This document shows, in pieces, positions 1-10,967 of a stretch of DNA of 64,000 nucleotides. The DNA comes from Candidatus Methanoperedenaceae archaeon (GTDB taxonomy: Archaea; Halobacteriota; Methanosarcinia; Methanosarcinales; Methanoperedenaceae): NCBI GenBank assembly GCA_963753595.1, contig CAVWCX010000027.1, positions 42,157 through 106,156 on the forward strand. Direction: 5' to 3'. How positions within the stretch are numbered: the first letter of the stretch is position 1; each line of letters opens with the position of its first letter. The notes beneath the pieces are model-generated. The model had not been told where the DNA came from and did not search any database. It saw only the letters and a list, made by a program, of their open reading frames with translations. Position numbers and translations under genes: made by a program.

Positions 1-67
1 GGAGCAAAATTTAAAATAATCACTAAAAACTATATACAATCAGGACTAATTAAGAAGGGGGTAAAAT

Positions 68-940
68 ATGCAAGAAATAGCGGTGGCAGATATACATACA
101 CACACAATGTATTCAGGCTTCACGAAATATAAATTTTTATCATTCCCTGACAGTGTGACCACTCCCAGGACATCAGTCAAGGTTGCTGAAAAAATGGGAC
201 TTGGCGCACTTTGCATAACAGACCACAACACGATCAAGGGTGCACTTGTTGCTCAAAAACTCAATAAGGATATAGTGGTTATCGGTGAAGAGATTTCATC
301 AAATGAAGGTGAAATACTGGGATTGTTCCTTCAGGAGAAGGTCGATCCCGGCTTAAGTGCCGAAGAAACGATAGAGCAAATACACGGCCAGGATGGGATA
401 GCCGTTGCTCCTCATCCTTATAGTGCGCATTGTTTTTGTGTGGGTAAGAAAATGAACTTATTGAAGTTTGATGGGATAGAAGTATTCAATTCATTACACA
501 GGGATTTATATTCAAATGCTCTCGCACTTAAAAATTGTAATGGGCATGCAAAGCTTGGCGGAAGTGATGCCCATGCAAGTTTCATGATTGGCAACGGTTA
601 TACGTTGTATAACGGCAGTTCCCAGGAAGATTTTCGGACTGCCATAAAGAACAGGCAGACAATTCATGGCGGAAATGTCGCAGCCCTTAAAGATTTTGTC
701 AAATATAGCGCCAGGGTAGCGTATGAATCGTCAAAGACAATAATGAAGTTCAATGACATAGATTGCCCCATGTCTTCCAGAATATCAAGGATAAGAAATT
801 CACGCAAAATACCCTATTTATTATTTTCTATTGCGTATGCATTTTCACCGCTGCCGGTCGTCTGCACCCTTCTTGGCGACAGGGTTTTGAAACATAAAGG
901 ACGCAGGGTCTGGAAAGAACAGCATGATCACGAATTATAA
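68..940 (+). CDS. PHP-domain metal-dependent phosphoesterase
   Basis: Motifs DIHTHTMYS, ITDHNT, AVAPHP and GGSDAH are typical of the PHP family; hydrophobic C-terminal segment. Confidence 0.9.
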   Translation: MQEIAVADIHTHTMYSGFTKYKFLSFPDSVTTPRTSVKVAEKMGLGALCITDHNTIKGALVAQKLNKDIVVIGEEISSNEGEILGLFLQEKVDPGLSAEETIEQIHGQDGIAVAPHPYSAHCFCVGKKMNLLKFDGIEVFNSLHRDLYSNALALKNCNGHAKLGGSDAHASFMIGNGYTLYNGSSQEDFRTAIKNRQTIHGGNVAALKDFVKYSARVAYESSKTIMKFNDIDCPMSSRISRIRNSRKIPYLLFSIAYAFSPLPVVCTLLGDRVLKHKGRRVWKEQHDHEL

Positions 941-985
941 CACATTTTTATTTTATCGGAATAGACCGCAGCCCCGCTGGCAGCT

Positions 986-1684
986 TCACTTGTAATTTCG
1001 TTTCGAGTATGAATATCCTGAAGCTTCGCCCCCATTGGCAACTATGTATAGCCATTCGTAAACCGATTTTATCATCCCGAACTGCTGGAACCTTCGCATT
1101 GAGAATCCAACCTTCATCTGGCCATCAAGCATTACACGCCCAAGTTTACGCATCCTCAGTGCGATCTCAACGTCATCTCCTGCATCGATGCATCTGTACA
1201 TACCCGCATCAATGAACGCTTTTTTATCAAATGCAGTGTTGCATCCCAGCGTATAATACAGTGCGCCGGTATAATACCCGATCCTTGAGAAGGTATTTGC
1301 ACTCATAAGGTAGATTTTATGTTTTAATCCCATTTCAATCGGATAAACAGTCCCATAAAGCTGGACAATATCATTTGACTCGAAATCATTCTTTATTATC
1401 TCGATCCAATCGGGAGGGATAATGCAATCCGCATCGGTTGTAGCAACGATATCACCTTTTGCGCGTAATACCCCGTCATTCCTGGCTCCCCCTACCTTTT
1501 TGCTTGTCTGGGAAATAACTTCATCGGCATATACTCTCGCCAGTTCACATGTCCGGTCCTTTGAATGTCCATCCACTACTATGATCTCGTATTCATCCCT
1601 GCTGATTGTCTGGTTACATAGGGATTGCAGGCAGGCAGTAATGTTTGCTTCTTCATTATAGGTGGGGATAATTACGGATATCAT
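986..1684 (-). CDS. Glycosyltransferase family 2
   Basis: ISVIIPTYNEE, IIVVDGHSKD, ARNDG, TDAD (DxD). Confidence 0.92.
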   Translation of the reverse strand: MISVIIPTYNEEANITACLQSLCNQTISRDEYEIIVVDGHSKDRTCELARVYADEVISQTSKKVGGARNDGVLRAKGDIVATTDADCIIPPDWIEIIKNDFESNDIVQLYGTVYPIEMGLKHKIYLMSANTFSRIGYYTGALYYTLGCNTAFDKKAFIDAGMYRCIDAGDDVEIALRMRKLGRVMLDGQMKVGFSMRRFQQFGMIKSVYEWLYIVANGGEASGYSYSKRNYK

Positions 1685-2658
1685 GATTCTATCAGTTTCC
1701 TGTAAAGATCACAATGCATATCTGCAACTTTTTTAATGTCATACTGCTCTGTGAAGTCACGCGATCCATTAGAATAATGTCTTAATGATCCATCATCTGT
1801 GATCCGTTCTCCAGCCTCCTCTACATTATTAAAATATTGCACAGCCCCACCAAAGATCCCTTTAAATTCCGGTATCCCACGGGCAACTACGGGAAGGCCG
1901 CAGGAGAGCGCTTCCAGGATCACCAGCACAAACATCTCAGAGTACGAGGGCATTAAAAATACATCCGCGCCGCTGTAAGCTTCCGCGATATCAGGAACGA
2001 ATCCCGTGAATATTACATTATCCTGGCATTTTTTTTTCATCCATTCTATCCTGAGGCGGTCTTTTGAAAATGGCCCGGCAGGAAACCCCCCTACCCAAAC
2101 CCAGTGAATTTCAGGATACATTTTTGACAGCTCTAAAAAATCGTATATTCCCTTTCGTGGTGTCTGCTGGCCTACGGCAAGCACTACCTTATCGCCATCA
2201 GGTATTTTATACCGTTCCCTGAAGCTTTTCCGCTTTCCTTCATCCCTTTTGAAATAATGTCTATCAACCCCGTTTGGGATCGTTGTGGTAGGAACATCAG
2301 GAGCTATATCCCCCACTTCGCTGCGGTACTCATCTAACAGGGTAATGATATGGTCAAACTTCCGGTAGCTGTATGGGTAATAACGAGTAATATATTTGCT
2401 AAATGCCAGGCCCCCTTCATTCAGGCGGGGAGTGACATGCGCAGTCAGTATCTTTATACCCTGAGAGTATCGCCGGCTCATAAGCGACACAGGGCCGAAT
2501 GTATGATAATGGACTATGTCAAAATCCCGGCCTCTGGAGTTCCACGACACTTCCATATCCGGCATGCTGGCTAATTGCCTGTAAAGTGTTTTTGCTGCGG
2601 TTGCGCATCCCAGGTACTTTAAATTCAGGAAATCTTCTGCAAAAATATTAACCTTCAT
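1681..2658 (-). CDS. Glycosyltransferase family 4 (GT-B)
   Basis: IPNGVD, RKG, ADVFLMPSYSE..LEALSCGLPVV; overlaps both neighbours (operon). Confidence 0.9.
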   Translation of the reverse strand: MKVNIFAEDFLNLKYLGCATAAKTLYRQLASMPDMEVSWNSRGRDFDIVHYHTFGPVSLMSRRYSQGIKILTAHVTPRLNEGGLAFSKYITRYYPYSYRKFDHIITLLDEYRSEVGDIAPDVPTTTIPNGVDRHYFKRDEGKRKSFRERYKIPDGDKVVLAVGQQTPRKGIYDFLELSKMYPEIHWVWVGGFPAGPFSKDRLRIEWMKKKCQDNVIFTGFVPDIAEAYSGADVFLMPSYSEMFVLVILEALSCGLPVVARGIPEFKGIFGGAVQYFNNVEEAGERITDDGSLRHYSNGSRDFTEQYDIKKVADMHCDLYRKLIES

Positions 2659-3968
2659 TATGATCCCTCACAAAATCCATTGCACTTCTGATACAATTAT
2701 CCATATTTAGATATTCAAATTCCGAAAAACGTCCCACAAGCCCTATGCCAAGTTTTGCGCAAAAGTCTTTTACTATTGCGATATTTTTCTTATAATCGAG
2801 GTCATAGATAACATACGCGTAAGTTTGCCGCTCCAGGGCAGTATATATTATATCCTCTCTATCCTTTATGATATTCATATTTTTAAGCGCATCAATTACA
2901 TGGTCAATGATCTTCTTATCAGGCATTTTTGATACATCATCCCCTTCATGATATGTTATCTCTGCAAGTATCGCCGAATGTCCTGCGGGCGCCACTTCCG
3001 GGCTGTAATTTGACGGAAAGGAAACCCTGTTAAATAACCCCAGGTCTTTATCAGGAACATACATCCACGAGATATCCGCAAGCTTTCCACGTATCCCGAT
3101 AAAAACACAGGCTATCGAGTTATACTTTAGATCATTGCAGGATCTTCTAACACCTTCCGGAACATTTTCAAGACTTTCAAGGAGCCTCTGTAAGGGAATC
3201 GTAGATATGCAGCGGTCTGCAATAATAATATTATCGCCATCACTTATTAAATACTTTTCTCCTTCTTTCTTTATGGAAGTTACGTTAAAGCCTGTGCGAA
3301 TGCTCTTTTCAATCGGTGATGCAATTGATCTCACGAGAGCTTCAATCCCGCCCTTTCGGGGGTAGGTGAAAACTGACTGGTGCGTGTATCCTTCGGTTTC
3401 TATCCCGATAGCAGATTTTATAATATCCTCTACTGGCGGGCGTGGAATGCGCCCTTCCACCCAGTGCAATGACATCTGTTCTGCCGGGAATTTCCAGATC
3501 TTTTCGTTATATGGGATCAAGTATAAGTCAGCAATGCCTTTCCCGAAGGTATGGATTATCCACTCACGAAAATTCCGGGGGGGCGAAAGTTCGCCTTTTT
3601 CAACAGCGATCAGGGTTTTAATGAATTCATTGATACAGAAAAAGAGATCATCTTTTGGAAGCTGGCTCAACCCGTTTTCAAAGGGATATTTGATATACTT
3701 GTCCCTTATAGAAAATTTTTGTATTGCGATCATTGCGCTGGCTGTTCTCTCCGAGAATATCATTTATAAATGTGAGGACTTCCAGGTCACGGCTGAAAAT
3801 AATGTGCGAACCCCCAATATCAAAAGTGAACCCGGATTTGCTCACAGAGCGGCATAATCCCCCAAAAACCGGTTCACGCTCAAGAACTGTCACCTCAACA
3901 CCTTTTTGCGAAAGTAAGCGGGCAAGAGTGATACCGCTAAGACCACCACCAAGTATTGCTGTTTTCAC
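2648..3968 (-). CDS. FAD-dependent oxidoreductase (protoporphyrinogen oxidase/UDP-galactopyranose mutase-like), split by one frameshift near 3700
   Basis: N-part has ILGGGLSG Rossmann motif and FDIGGSH; C-part has IPYNEKIW and GRFSEFEYLNMD; the two ORFs join into one protein. Confidence 0.8.
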
Positions 3969-4075
3969 GTTGGATTAATCGCTATCAATCAATATATTGT
4001 TATCTATTTGATAAAAACCGAAGTGTTAAAATATCTATAAACCAGAACTTACAATAACTTACATAGGAGGAATTT

Positions 4076-4662
4076 ATGAAAAAGTCTTTAGGTGCAAAAA
4101 CTCTTGTTTATCCTCTCCCGGTCTGGGTTGTGGGAACATATGACAAAGCAAATAAGCCCAACGTGGCGACCATCGCCTGGGGCGGTATCTGTTGCTCCCA
4201 ACCGCCCTGTGTAGCGATCTCTCTTCGCAAAGCTACATATTCGTACGGGAATATCATGGAGCAAAAGCCTTCACCGTGAATGTTCCTTCAGAAAAGTACG
4301 CAAAGGATGCGGATTATTTCGGTATGGTATCAGGGAAGGATACAGACAAGTTCGCCGAATCCGGGCTGACCAGCGTTAAGAGCGAACTTGTGGATGCTCC
4401 ATATGTGAAGGAATTCCCTCTTATCCTTGAGTGCAAACTGATCCGTTCTATTGAAATAGGGCTGCACACGCAGTTTATCGGTGAGATCATGGATGTCAAG
4501 GCAGATGAGCATGTACTTGGTGAGAAAGGGATTACTGATATCGAAAAATTAAAACCGGTCATATTTGCCGCTGATACCGGCGGTTATTATGGTGTCGGTA
4601 AATTTATTGGAAAGGCATATTCTATCGGGAAAAAGATTTCTTCAAAAGATAGATCTTCCTAA
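4076..4662 (+). CDS. Flavin reductase family protein (flavoredoxin-like), frameshift near 4262
   Basis: [27 protein letters not shown] continues in another frame as [31 protein letters not shown]. Confidence 0.85.
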
Positions 4663-4751
4663 AACATGCAGATTGAATAAGTAAAAAAATAGTTGGGAAG
4701 ATTTGGATAGGATAGGAGTGATAAAAAAATATTTTTATCTGCCCAACTATT

Positions 4752-4771
4752 TATTCGCATATATGCGAATA
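4752..4771. promoter_or_regulatory. Perfect 20-bp palindrome TATTCGCATATATGCGAATA, candidate operator
   Basis: Self-complementary; intergenic, upstream of the 5.0-5.6 kb genes. Confidence 0.4.
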
Positions 4772-5019
4772 TGGTATTAATCGTTTATGACCATTCCCAA
4801 TAAGTGATAATAGCTTGCCTCTCTCCAATAAAAATGCTTTGAATCCTCAGAAAATGAAACTCATGATTTGATCGCATTTCCCTGAACAACCCGAAAAGAT
4901 ATATTCGGATGAATACTGACATCCTCATTTCATGAGAATGGATTACACCGTTTATTATTGTATAGGTCTATGTATTATTGTTACCTTCTGAAAATAAGGA
5001 ATTGGCGAGGTCTATTACT

Positions 5020-5298
5020 ATGTCAAAAAAAGAACGGGAAATTAAAGCAAAAATTAATTGGGATGAACTTAATGATTTTTGGTCTTGCCAGTATGAAGAC
5101 GATTATGGACAATTTTTCAATACTCGAACAACATCTTCAAACAGATTTATGAAAGTTTACAAGGAACAACTTTCCCTTATCCAGGATATCATAAAAGACT
5201 CTGAATCTTATTTTGAAACCCAGGTATTAAAAAGTGAAATGACCCGAAAACCCGAATCATCCAGGGCCCTTAAAACCGGGGATCATCTGGCAAATTAG
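5020..5298 (+). CDS. Hypothetical protein
   Basis: ORF with probable ATG start at 5020 (MSKKERE..), same orientation as the next gene; no motif recognised. Confidence 0.5.
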   Translation: MSKKEREIKAKINWDELNDFWSCQYEDDYGQFFNTRTTSSNRFMKVYKEQLSLIQDIIKDSESYFETQVLKSEMTRKPESSRALKTGDHLAN

Positions 5299-5342
5299 TA
5301 AATATTCGAGGTGATGCTATTATAAATAATTTAGAAGATGGT

Positions 5343-5639
5343 ATGAAGAAAAGGTTATTAAAATTTCTTGTCCGGGATAAAGTAGGCATAAGGAAATGTC
5401 TTCTAAACCTGTTTTTGCAGACAAGGAATTATACAACCTGCGAAGTTTATGATCACCTTATAAACAAGGGATTTGAAATTAATTATAGAGGCGTCTCTTC
5501 TATGGTTGGGCAGATGCATACAAGGCTGGGTATCCTGCATATTTATTTGAATAGGGAGCATCGTATCTATTCACTCAAGGAAGACCACAGGAATATTATA
5601 CAAATGATTTTAACAACTCCCACCAGATTTCCCGGATAA
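5343..5639 (+). CDS. DUF2551-like winged-helix protein
   Basis: RDKVGIRK..YRGVSSMVGQMHTRLGIL resembles the methanogen DUF2551 family. Confidence 0.75.
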   Translation: MKKRLLKFLVRDKVGIRKCLLNLFLQTRNYTTCEVYDHLINKGFEINYRGVSSMVGQMHTRLGILHIYLNREHRIYSLKEDHRNIIQMILTTPTRFPG

Positions 5640-5820
5640 TCCGGGAATTCTATTATAGACAAACAGTATTATCAGATTTTGAGAATAGCCTATCCCTTTT
5701 ATTTCCTGGGAAAATAATCATAAAGATAGAGGATGGCAGCTTGACCATTTTTTCGAACTATACCACCACCCATATCCCCTCAAATGTCATGCTGCCTAAA
5801 TACCTCTGTTTTACAAAATA

Positions 5821-6041
5821 TCTAATAAAATCATTGGAGCAGCAATACAGGTACACAGAAACCTTGGACCTGGATTGCTGGAAAGTACCTATGAAGTTTG
5901 CTTGAAATATGAATTGGAAAAGAGAGGTCTAAAAATTCAGTCACAGGTTGGACTTCCGGTCATATATGATAACACCTTGGTCTATTAATTAATTTCAATG
6001 TAATGCTTCTTAAGGATGGAATTAAACGCAGGATTAATTAA
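5821..6041 (+). pseudogene. GxxExxY protein (PD-(D/E)XK nuclease-like) remnant with internal deletion
   Basis: Manual translation: [50 protein letters not shown], joined out of frame to the C-terminal [21 protein letters not shown]; no start codon, middle missing. Confidence 0.9.
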
Positions 6042-6053
6042 TTACTCTGTGTC

Positions 6054-6170
6054 CTGGTATGAAAATTAACAACGAACTTGTACTAACTGATACGAACTCA
6101 CGCCACCGGAGTTCGTTTTAGTTCGTTGTTTTTTTTTAATGTTCATTTAGGAACCTCAGTTCATGGCCGA
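6054..6170. repeat. Interspersed palindromic element, ACGAACT/AGTTCGT family, copy 1
   Basis: GGTATGAA..ACGAACTCACGCCACCGGAGTTCGT..TCATGGCC; clearly homologous to 46910-47037. Confidence 0.8.
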
Positions 6171-6407
6171 CTTATTTTTAAAACAAAATTCAATCATTTT
6201 TAGGGCTATAAGCGAGTGCGATATAAATTTATTTATTGTTATTTATATAATCCAAGCGAATCATGACGCTATGGGCAAAAATCAGAGGTTTAGGTGCAAA
6301 GCTTGAAGCAGGTTAAAATCATATATAAGAAAGAAGAACGCTTCATCCCAGGCATCTTTGGCTATGAGAGAAGCGGGAGAGCAATGCAACTCAATTGTTT
6401 TATTTTT

Positions 6408-6602
6408 CTATTCATCATCCAGCATTTCTTCTAAAATTTCGTCGGTATTTACCAGGTATCTCGCTCTTTCCATGTCTATCTCCTCCATCCTCTTCCATGA
6501 AGACAAGGTATGGATGATTACTTTGGGTTGAAATTTCATGAAAACTGGAACAAATCCTGATGTCTTCTTTGAATCCTTAATCTCATTTTCAAAATTTCTC
6601 AT
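6408..6602 (-). CDS. Small hypothetical protein
   Basis: 64-aa ORF preceded by a GAGGTGA RBS. Confidence 0.55.
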   Translation of the reverse strand: MRNFENEIKDSKKTSGFVPVFMKFQPKVIIHTLSSWKRMEEIDMERARYLVNTDEILEEMLDDE

Positions 6603-6960
6603 TTCTTTTCACCTCTTGTCTTAGGCTGTTATCTAAGCACTTTATACCACGATCTTTTGGAATATATATGGTACAAACCATTCCCACAAAATGAAAACGA
6701 TCTACAAATGAGAATAATAGGCCGATACCACCATTCTGACTTTACCTGTATCTGATTTTATTCAATATCCTTGATATTTGGGTGAGCGAGCCTTTTCCAG
6801 AGCCTGATAATCTTGTAGTTGCTGTCTTCTTTCTTAATGTCAACCGAAAGCACTCCATTATTGATACGGATCGTTGCCTCACGAAGTGCACAGTGGAAAT
6901 ATCTCTCTTCGTTGCCCTGGAGATTTATGATTGTCTTGACATGTTGTATGATCCCGGCAG

Positions 6961-7107
6961 CTTCTTACCTACGGAAATGATATGATCGAGTATGCATATA
7001 CTGGAAAATCACTTTTTTCACCCGGGCTGGATATAGTCGTGCTGGTGTTCTTCATATTGATCTTCCAGATAGCGGCAAATTACCTTTACAAGAAGTTCAA
7101 TGAGTGA
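6961..7107 (+). pseudogene. C-terminal remnant of an ABC-2 type permease
   Basis: Manual translation LLTYGNDMIEYAYTGKSLFSPGLDIVVLVFFILIFQIAANYLYKKFNE*; no intact upstream frame. Confidence 0.55.
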
Positions 7108-7287
7108 ATTGAAATGTTCATTGATGTGGGCGCCACAACCAAGGAAGATGCAGAAAAAATAGGTGTGAAGGCCGGGACGCCAATAACTCCTGATATGGAG
7201 TTCAAAACCTTAGGCAATGATCGGGTCACAGGTAAAGCTTTTGATAACCGCGCAGGCTGCACAATGCTTATCGGGGATATTAAATAA
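7108..7287 (+). pseudogene. Internal fragment of an M42 (TET/Frv) aminopeptidase
   Basis: MFIDVGATTKEDAEKIGVKAGTPIT..VTGKAFDNRAGC is an M42 signature; truncated at both ends. Confidence 0.85.
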
Positions 7288-7483
7288 TTAATTAAATCAT
7301 TAATCGCTTGATGTAGAAAAGATATCATTCTACTTTTAACCGACGAAGACTTGGCAGTACTGCCAGGCGGAATGTTTAAATAGCTCTTTCTTGGATATAA
7401 AAAGCATAGGAGAAAAGGGAGGTTAAAATGAAATTCAATATGCTCCCTCGAATAATGTCCAAATCAAAGAATAATTAAACGGG

Positions 7484-7732
7484 ATGGTATTAATGGCAAG
7501 ATTTAAAGTGGAGATTGAAAGACCGTTATGCATATCATGTGAGAGCTGCGTTAACATCTGTCCTGAATTCTGGGAGATGGCTCCTGATGGTTTTTCCCAT
7601 TTAAAGGGTTCAAAAAAAGTAGGTGAGAATGAAGAAAGGGAAGTGGACGATGTGAGTTGCAACAACGACGCGGCAGAGAACTGCCCGGCTACTTGCATCC
7701 ATGTGTATGAAAATGGAAAAAAAATCATTTGA
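7484..7732 (+). CDS. Single-cluster ferredoxin
   Basis: CISCESC..CP and distal AAENCPATCI. Confidence 0.9.
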   Translation: MVLMARFKVEIERPLCISCESCVNICPEFWEMAPDGFSHLKGSKKVGENEEREVDDVSCNNDAAENCPATCIHVYENGKKII

Positions 7733-7770
7733 GATATTCTCATGCGAAACAAATTACACTGAGGCTAATT

Positions 7771-8151
7771 ATGTTTAAAAGAATTGACCATATAGAAATT
7801 ATTCCCGGAGATATAGAGAAAACCATTAGCTTCTACACAGGAATCCTGGGTTTTAAAATTAAACAGCGACAAAAGGTAGAAGTGCCTCCTCTGGAAGAGA
7901 TAGTTTACATTGAACTCAATGGTTCAGTTATAGAACTTATGAAGGTTAAGAATCCTGCCCTTCCATCTCAAAATCCATGGCAGGCTGGTTTGAGGATGAT
8001 AGCACTTGAGGTAGAGGACATGGATACGGCTGTAAAGTATCTTGCGAGTAAAGGAGTGGAAATAACCTGGGGGCCGATAACTCTTGGGAAATCAAAAAGA
8101 GCTGAAATAAAAGATCCGGATGGGCTTTCAATCGAACTGCGGCAGTGGTAG
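7771..8151 (+). CDS. VOC/glyoxalase family protein
   Basis: RIDHIEI..FYTGILG..IALEVED..IKDPDGLSIEL. Confidence 0.9.
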   Translation: MFKRIDHIEIIPGDIEKTISFYTGILGFKIKQRQKVEVPPLEEIVYIELNGSVIELMKVKNPALPSQNPWQAGLRMIALEVEDMDTAVKYLASKGVEITWGPITLGKSKRAEIKDPDGLSIELRQW

Positions 8152-8206
8152 AAACCGAGTAGATCATATTAAAGTGTTGATTATCTTAAGTTAAAGGTGA
8201 ACAGAA

Positions 8207-8593
8207 ATGGTAAAAATTGAAGGAAAATACAAGGAAATCATGGATAGAACAGAATGGGTCGCCATAGCTACATGTGGGGAAAATGGCCCTCATATGGTAG
8301 CGACATGGGGAGACTATGTGAGAGCGCTCAATGTAAAAGATAACGAGGTAATAGTCATTCCTGCAGGGCATTATAACATTACAGAAGAAAATCTCAAGAA
8401 GAACAATCGTGTTGAACTGCTCATTGCTTCCAGGCAGGTTGAGGGAACTTATGGCCCCGGACAGGGGTGCTGCATCTCCGGAACAGGGGAGATACTGACT
8501 TCGGGAAAATTTGCCCAGATGGCAAAATCAAAGTTTTCCTGGGCAAGGGGAGCGCTTGTAATAAAGGTAGACGGGGTAAAGACGCAGCTCTGA
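8207..8593 (+). CDS. FMN-binding split-barrel (pyridoxamine 5'-phosphate oxidase family) protein
   Basis: VAIAT..GPHMVATW, TEENLKKNNRVEL. Confidence 0.8.
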   Translation: MVKIEGKYKEIMDRTEWVAIATCGENGPHMVATWGDYVRALNVKDNEVIVIPAGHYNITEENLKKNNRVELLIASRQVEGTYGPGQGCCISGTGEILTSGKFAQMAKSKFSWARGALVIKVDGVKTQL

Positions 8594-8612
8594 ATATTCT
8601 TTCCTTGATTAT

Positions 8613-9206
8613 CTATCTGACATCTTTGAGCTGATTTTTTGCTTCTGCATCTGGCGGATACGTGATGCCCAATCCATTTACCCATGCAAAAGGCGTGAGC
8701 GTATGAGGTGAACAGCGATTCAAACTCATAATGTGTTCTACCCTGATATCCCGAATCAAAAGTGCATCGGCAATAAGAGAGCGATGACAGCGCCAGGGAA
8801 GGGCTTCCGCACACATTAATGCGATTTGTTCCGACTCTGCAAGATGTATTAACTCCTGTAAATTTTTCTCAAATTCTTCTGTCTGCATGTAGTCAGCAAA
8901 ACCCCTGAAAGATGAGTTATGCCAGCCCATATTAGGCGAGTCTTTCCGTGCATGGCGAAGGCCGCCCAGCCCGGCCATATGTGTGTAACCCATGCCAGCA
9001 GTGCGCAGGTTGCCGGGTAATGTTTCGTTATTGAACTGAGGGTTGTGTCTTGAGCGTGGAACCGTTCGGATATCTACAACCATTGTCACGGAGTGCGCCT
9101 GCAAAAGGCTGATAAATGCATCCAATGTGCGCGTGGAATGCCCAATGGTTAACACGACATGTGAACTGTCATAACTATTTACCGTCATAGATACCATCCC
9201 TGGCAA
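8613..9206 (-). CDS. DUF488 family protein
   Basis: TIGHS, VDIRTVPRSRHNPQFN, LGG, LMCAE..CHRSLIAD. Confidence 0.9.
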   Translation of the reverse strand: MPGMVSMTVNSYDSSHVVLTIGHSTRTLDAFISLLQAHSVTMVVDIRTVPRSRHNPQFNNETLPGNLRTAGMGYTHMAGLGGLRHARKDSPNMGWHNSSFRGFADYMQTEEFEKNLQELIHLAESEQIALMCAEALPWRCHRSLIADALLIRDIRVEHIMSLNRCSPHTLTPFAWVNGLGITYPPDAEAKNQLKDVR

Positions 9207-10131
9207 GGCGCTCCAGCAACAAATGGAAGTAGAGGAACCCGGCGTAAGGCTTCCATCTTGAGAGAATGCACCTTACGTCTTCATAGTCCATCGTTTCTTT
9301 TAGTTTCAACCAGCGCTGCAGGTTCTTACGGGCACCCACATCATCGCCGGGAAAAAGATGGATTCGTCCAAGACCTCGAAGCATGACATATTCGGCTGTC
9401 CATCGGCCTACACCCCGTAACTGACAGAGACGTGTAAGGACGGTGTCATCATCCAGTGCTTCCAGGGCTTCCATATCCAGATGTTTATCAGCAATCATCC
9501 GGGCCAGTTCGATAATTGCACCTGCTTTATTATAACTTAATCCCAATCTTCTTAAATCCTGCGGTTTTAGTCCTGCCAGGTCTTCCGGCTGGGGAAAAGC
9601 GTAGACTGATGAGCTTTCTGCCCGGACTGACCTGCCAAAGTCCGTTGCCAATCTATTAAGCAGGATAATGCCCAGGGTAAGCGTTATCTGCTGACTGGCA
9701 ATTCCATTGATTATCGCCTCGAACAGCATAGGGAAGCGAGGCGGTTTGAGTCCACGATATCGCTCTGCCAGTTGTGAAAGTTGAGCATCCTCAGAAGCAA
9801 GCTGATATAATTCAAGGAGGTTTTGCCTGGTACCCAGCATCCGTTCAACTATTGCCACTATAGTAGATTCATCTTTAGACGAAAGTCCGGCGCTGGCAGC
9901 TTCGATATTAAGTTCAGGATTATCCCGCGGGCCTGTTTGTGTAACTGCAACATCTACAGCCCGGCCATCAAGGAGTAGCACCCGACGGTAAGTTTTCCCA
10001 TCCCACCGGTCCACTATATTATTTGCCCGGCGGCGAAGAGCCCATACCGTCAAATCCAGTCGAAATGGCGCCACTGGTTTGAGGTAAAGAGAGATAAGTT
10101 TCAAAGGTATCTCCTTTACACCTGTTTTCAT
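9175..10131 (-). CDS. alkA: DNA-3-methyladenine glycosylase (AlkA family, HhH-GPD)
   Basis: FEAII..QQ, LRGVGRWTAEY, FPGDD, WKPYAG. Confidence 0.88.
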   Translation of the reverse strand: MKTGVKEIPLKLISLYLKPVAPFRLDLTVWALRRRANNIVDRWDGKTYRRVLLLDGRAVDVAVTQTGPRDNPELNIEAASAGLSSKDESTIVAIVERMLGTRQNLLELYQLASEDAQLSQLAERYRGLKPPRFPMLFEAIINGIASQQITLTLGIILLNRLATDFGRSVRAESSSVYAFPQPEDLAGLKPQDLRRLGLSYNKAGAIIELARMIADKHLDMEALEALDDDTVLTRLCQLRGVGRWTAEYVMLRGLGRIHLFPGDDVGARKNLQRWLKLKETMDYEDVRCILSRWKPYAGFLYFHLLLERLARDGIYDGK

Positions 10132-10149
10132 ATCTTTACAAGAATCACT

Positions 10150-10420
10150 TCATTTTTGTCTTCCAGGGTATTGCAGGAAGTCATTATCATCGCAATTTTT
10201 AACCCCCAATCCTGAATCCAGGACCCTGCCACCATGATTGGAAACGCCTATGACATCAGCCGCAGCCAGTGCATCCTCCGCGCACATAACTCCTTTGACA
10301 ATGAATGGAAGTCGTGTTGTATTTTTGAGCTCTCGCAGTTCGTCTATTGTTTTCCTGAACACAGGCTTTCATTAGATCAATCAGGATTTCTTGCGACTGA
10401 GGCTTGAAAATGTCCTCATT
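10150..10420 (-). pseudogene. Remnant of an FMN-dependent alpha-hydroxy-acid dehydrogenase
   Basis: PFIVKGVM..DA..VSNHGGRVLD motif; upstream out-of-frame piece IFKPQSQE; heavily deleted. Confidence 0.8.
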
Positions 10421-10470
10421 ATAACATAGATATTGCATACGGCACAGAGCCATTTGACCATTTACTAAAG

Positions 10471-10770
10471 TTATTTCATCCCGGACTGCTCTTTGCCTGA
10501 ACCCTTGAGGCAGTAGCGATCCCACCTGAGAGCCAAATTCTTCTGGACAGGGCAGGTAGGGCACACGCAGCCTTTGTCTTTCTTGATCATTGAGCTTTTC
10601 CCGATCGCGCAGAACGTGAGTTTCTTCTCCCCGGTTCCGGCATATGTGGGACATTTTCCGCAGACGCATATCTTATCAAGCTCCTTGATCTGGGCCTGCA
10701 CCTGCGCAGGAGACATTTTACTCATTGCTTCCATATTCTGTTCAAAAGTTTTCTTTTGTTCTTTTGGCAT
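10471..10770 (-). CDS. DUF2769-like small Cys-rich protein
   Basis: CVCGKCPTY..FC..GKS..GCVCPTCPV..YC..G. Confidence 0.8.
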   Translation of the reverse strand: MPKEQKKTFEQNMEAMSKMSPAQVQAQIKELDKICVCGKCPTYAGTGEKKLTFCAIGKSSMIKKDKGCVCPTCPVQKNLALRWDRYCLKGSGKEQSGMK

Positions 10771-10967
10771 ATTTACCCCCTTATATTAACATAATAACTA
10801 TTCTGGTTATTTGTATATAATAGTTATCCACTTTATCTATCGGTAGTTTTGTAATTCCTCCCTCGGCGGGTCTTCAAAACTTATCAGTCCTGCAAAATTC
10901 TTTATCCATTCGATACATTTATGTTTGCGTTGCCACATATAATTAAATAGATAAGGGGTGACAGAAC

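Noticed and set aside
6054-6170. Possible CRISPR array from the recurring ACGAACT/CACAGAG units
   Set aside because: Units are 7-10 bp, inverted and lack unique spacers; no cas genes are present in the window
6300-6312. 13-bp match AGCTTGAAGCAGG with 50631-50643
   Set aside because: No extended similarity; compatible with chance
7352-7365. 14-bp palindrome TGGCAGTACTGCCA upstream of the ferredoxin operon
   Set aside because: Single occurrence within a region of gene debris; cannot be distinguished from chance
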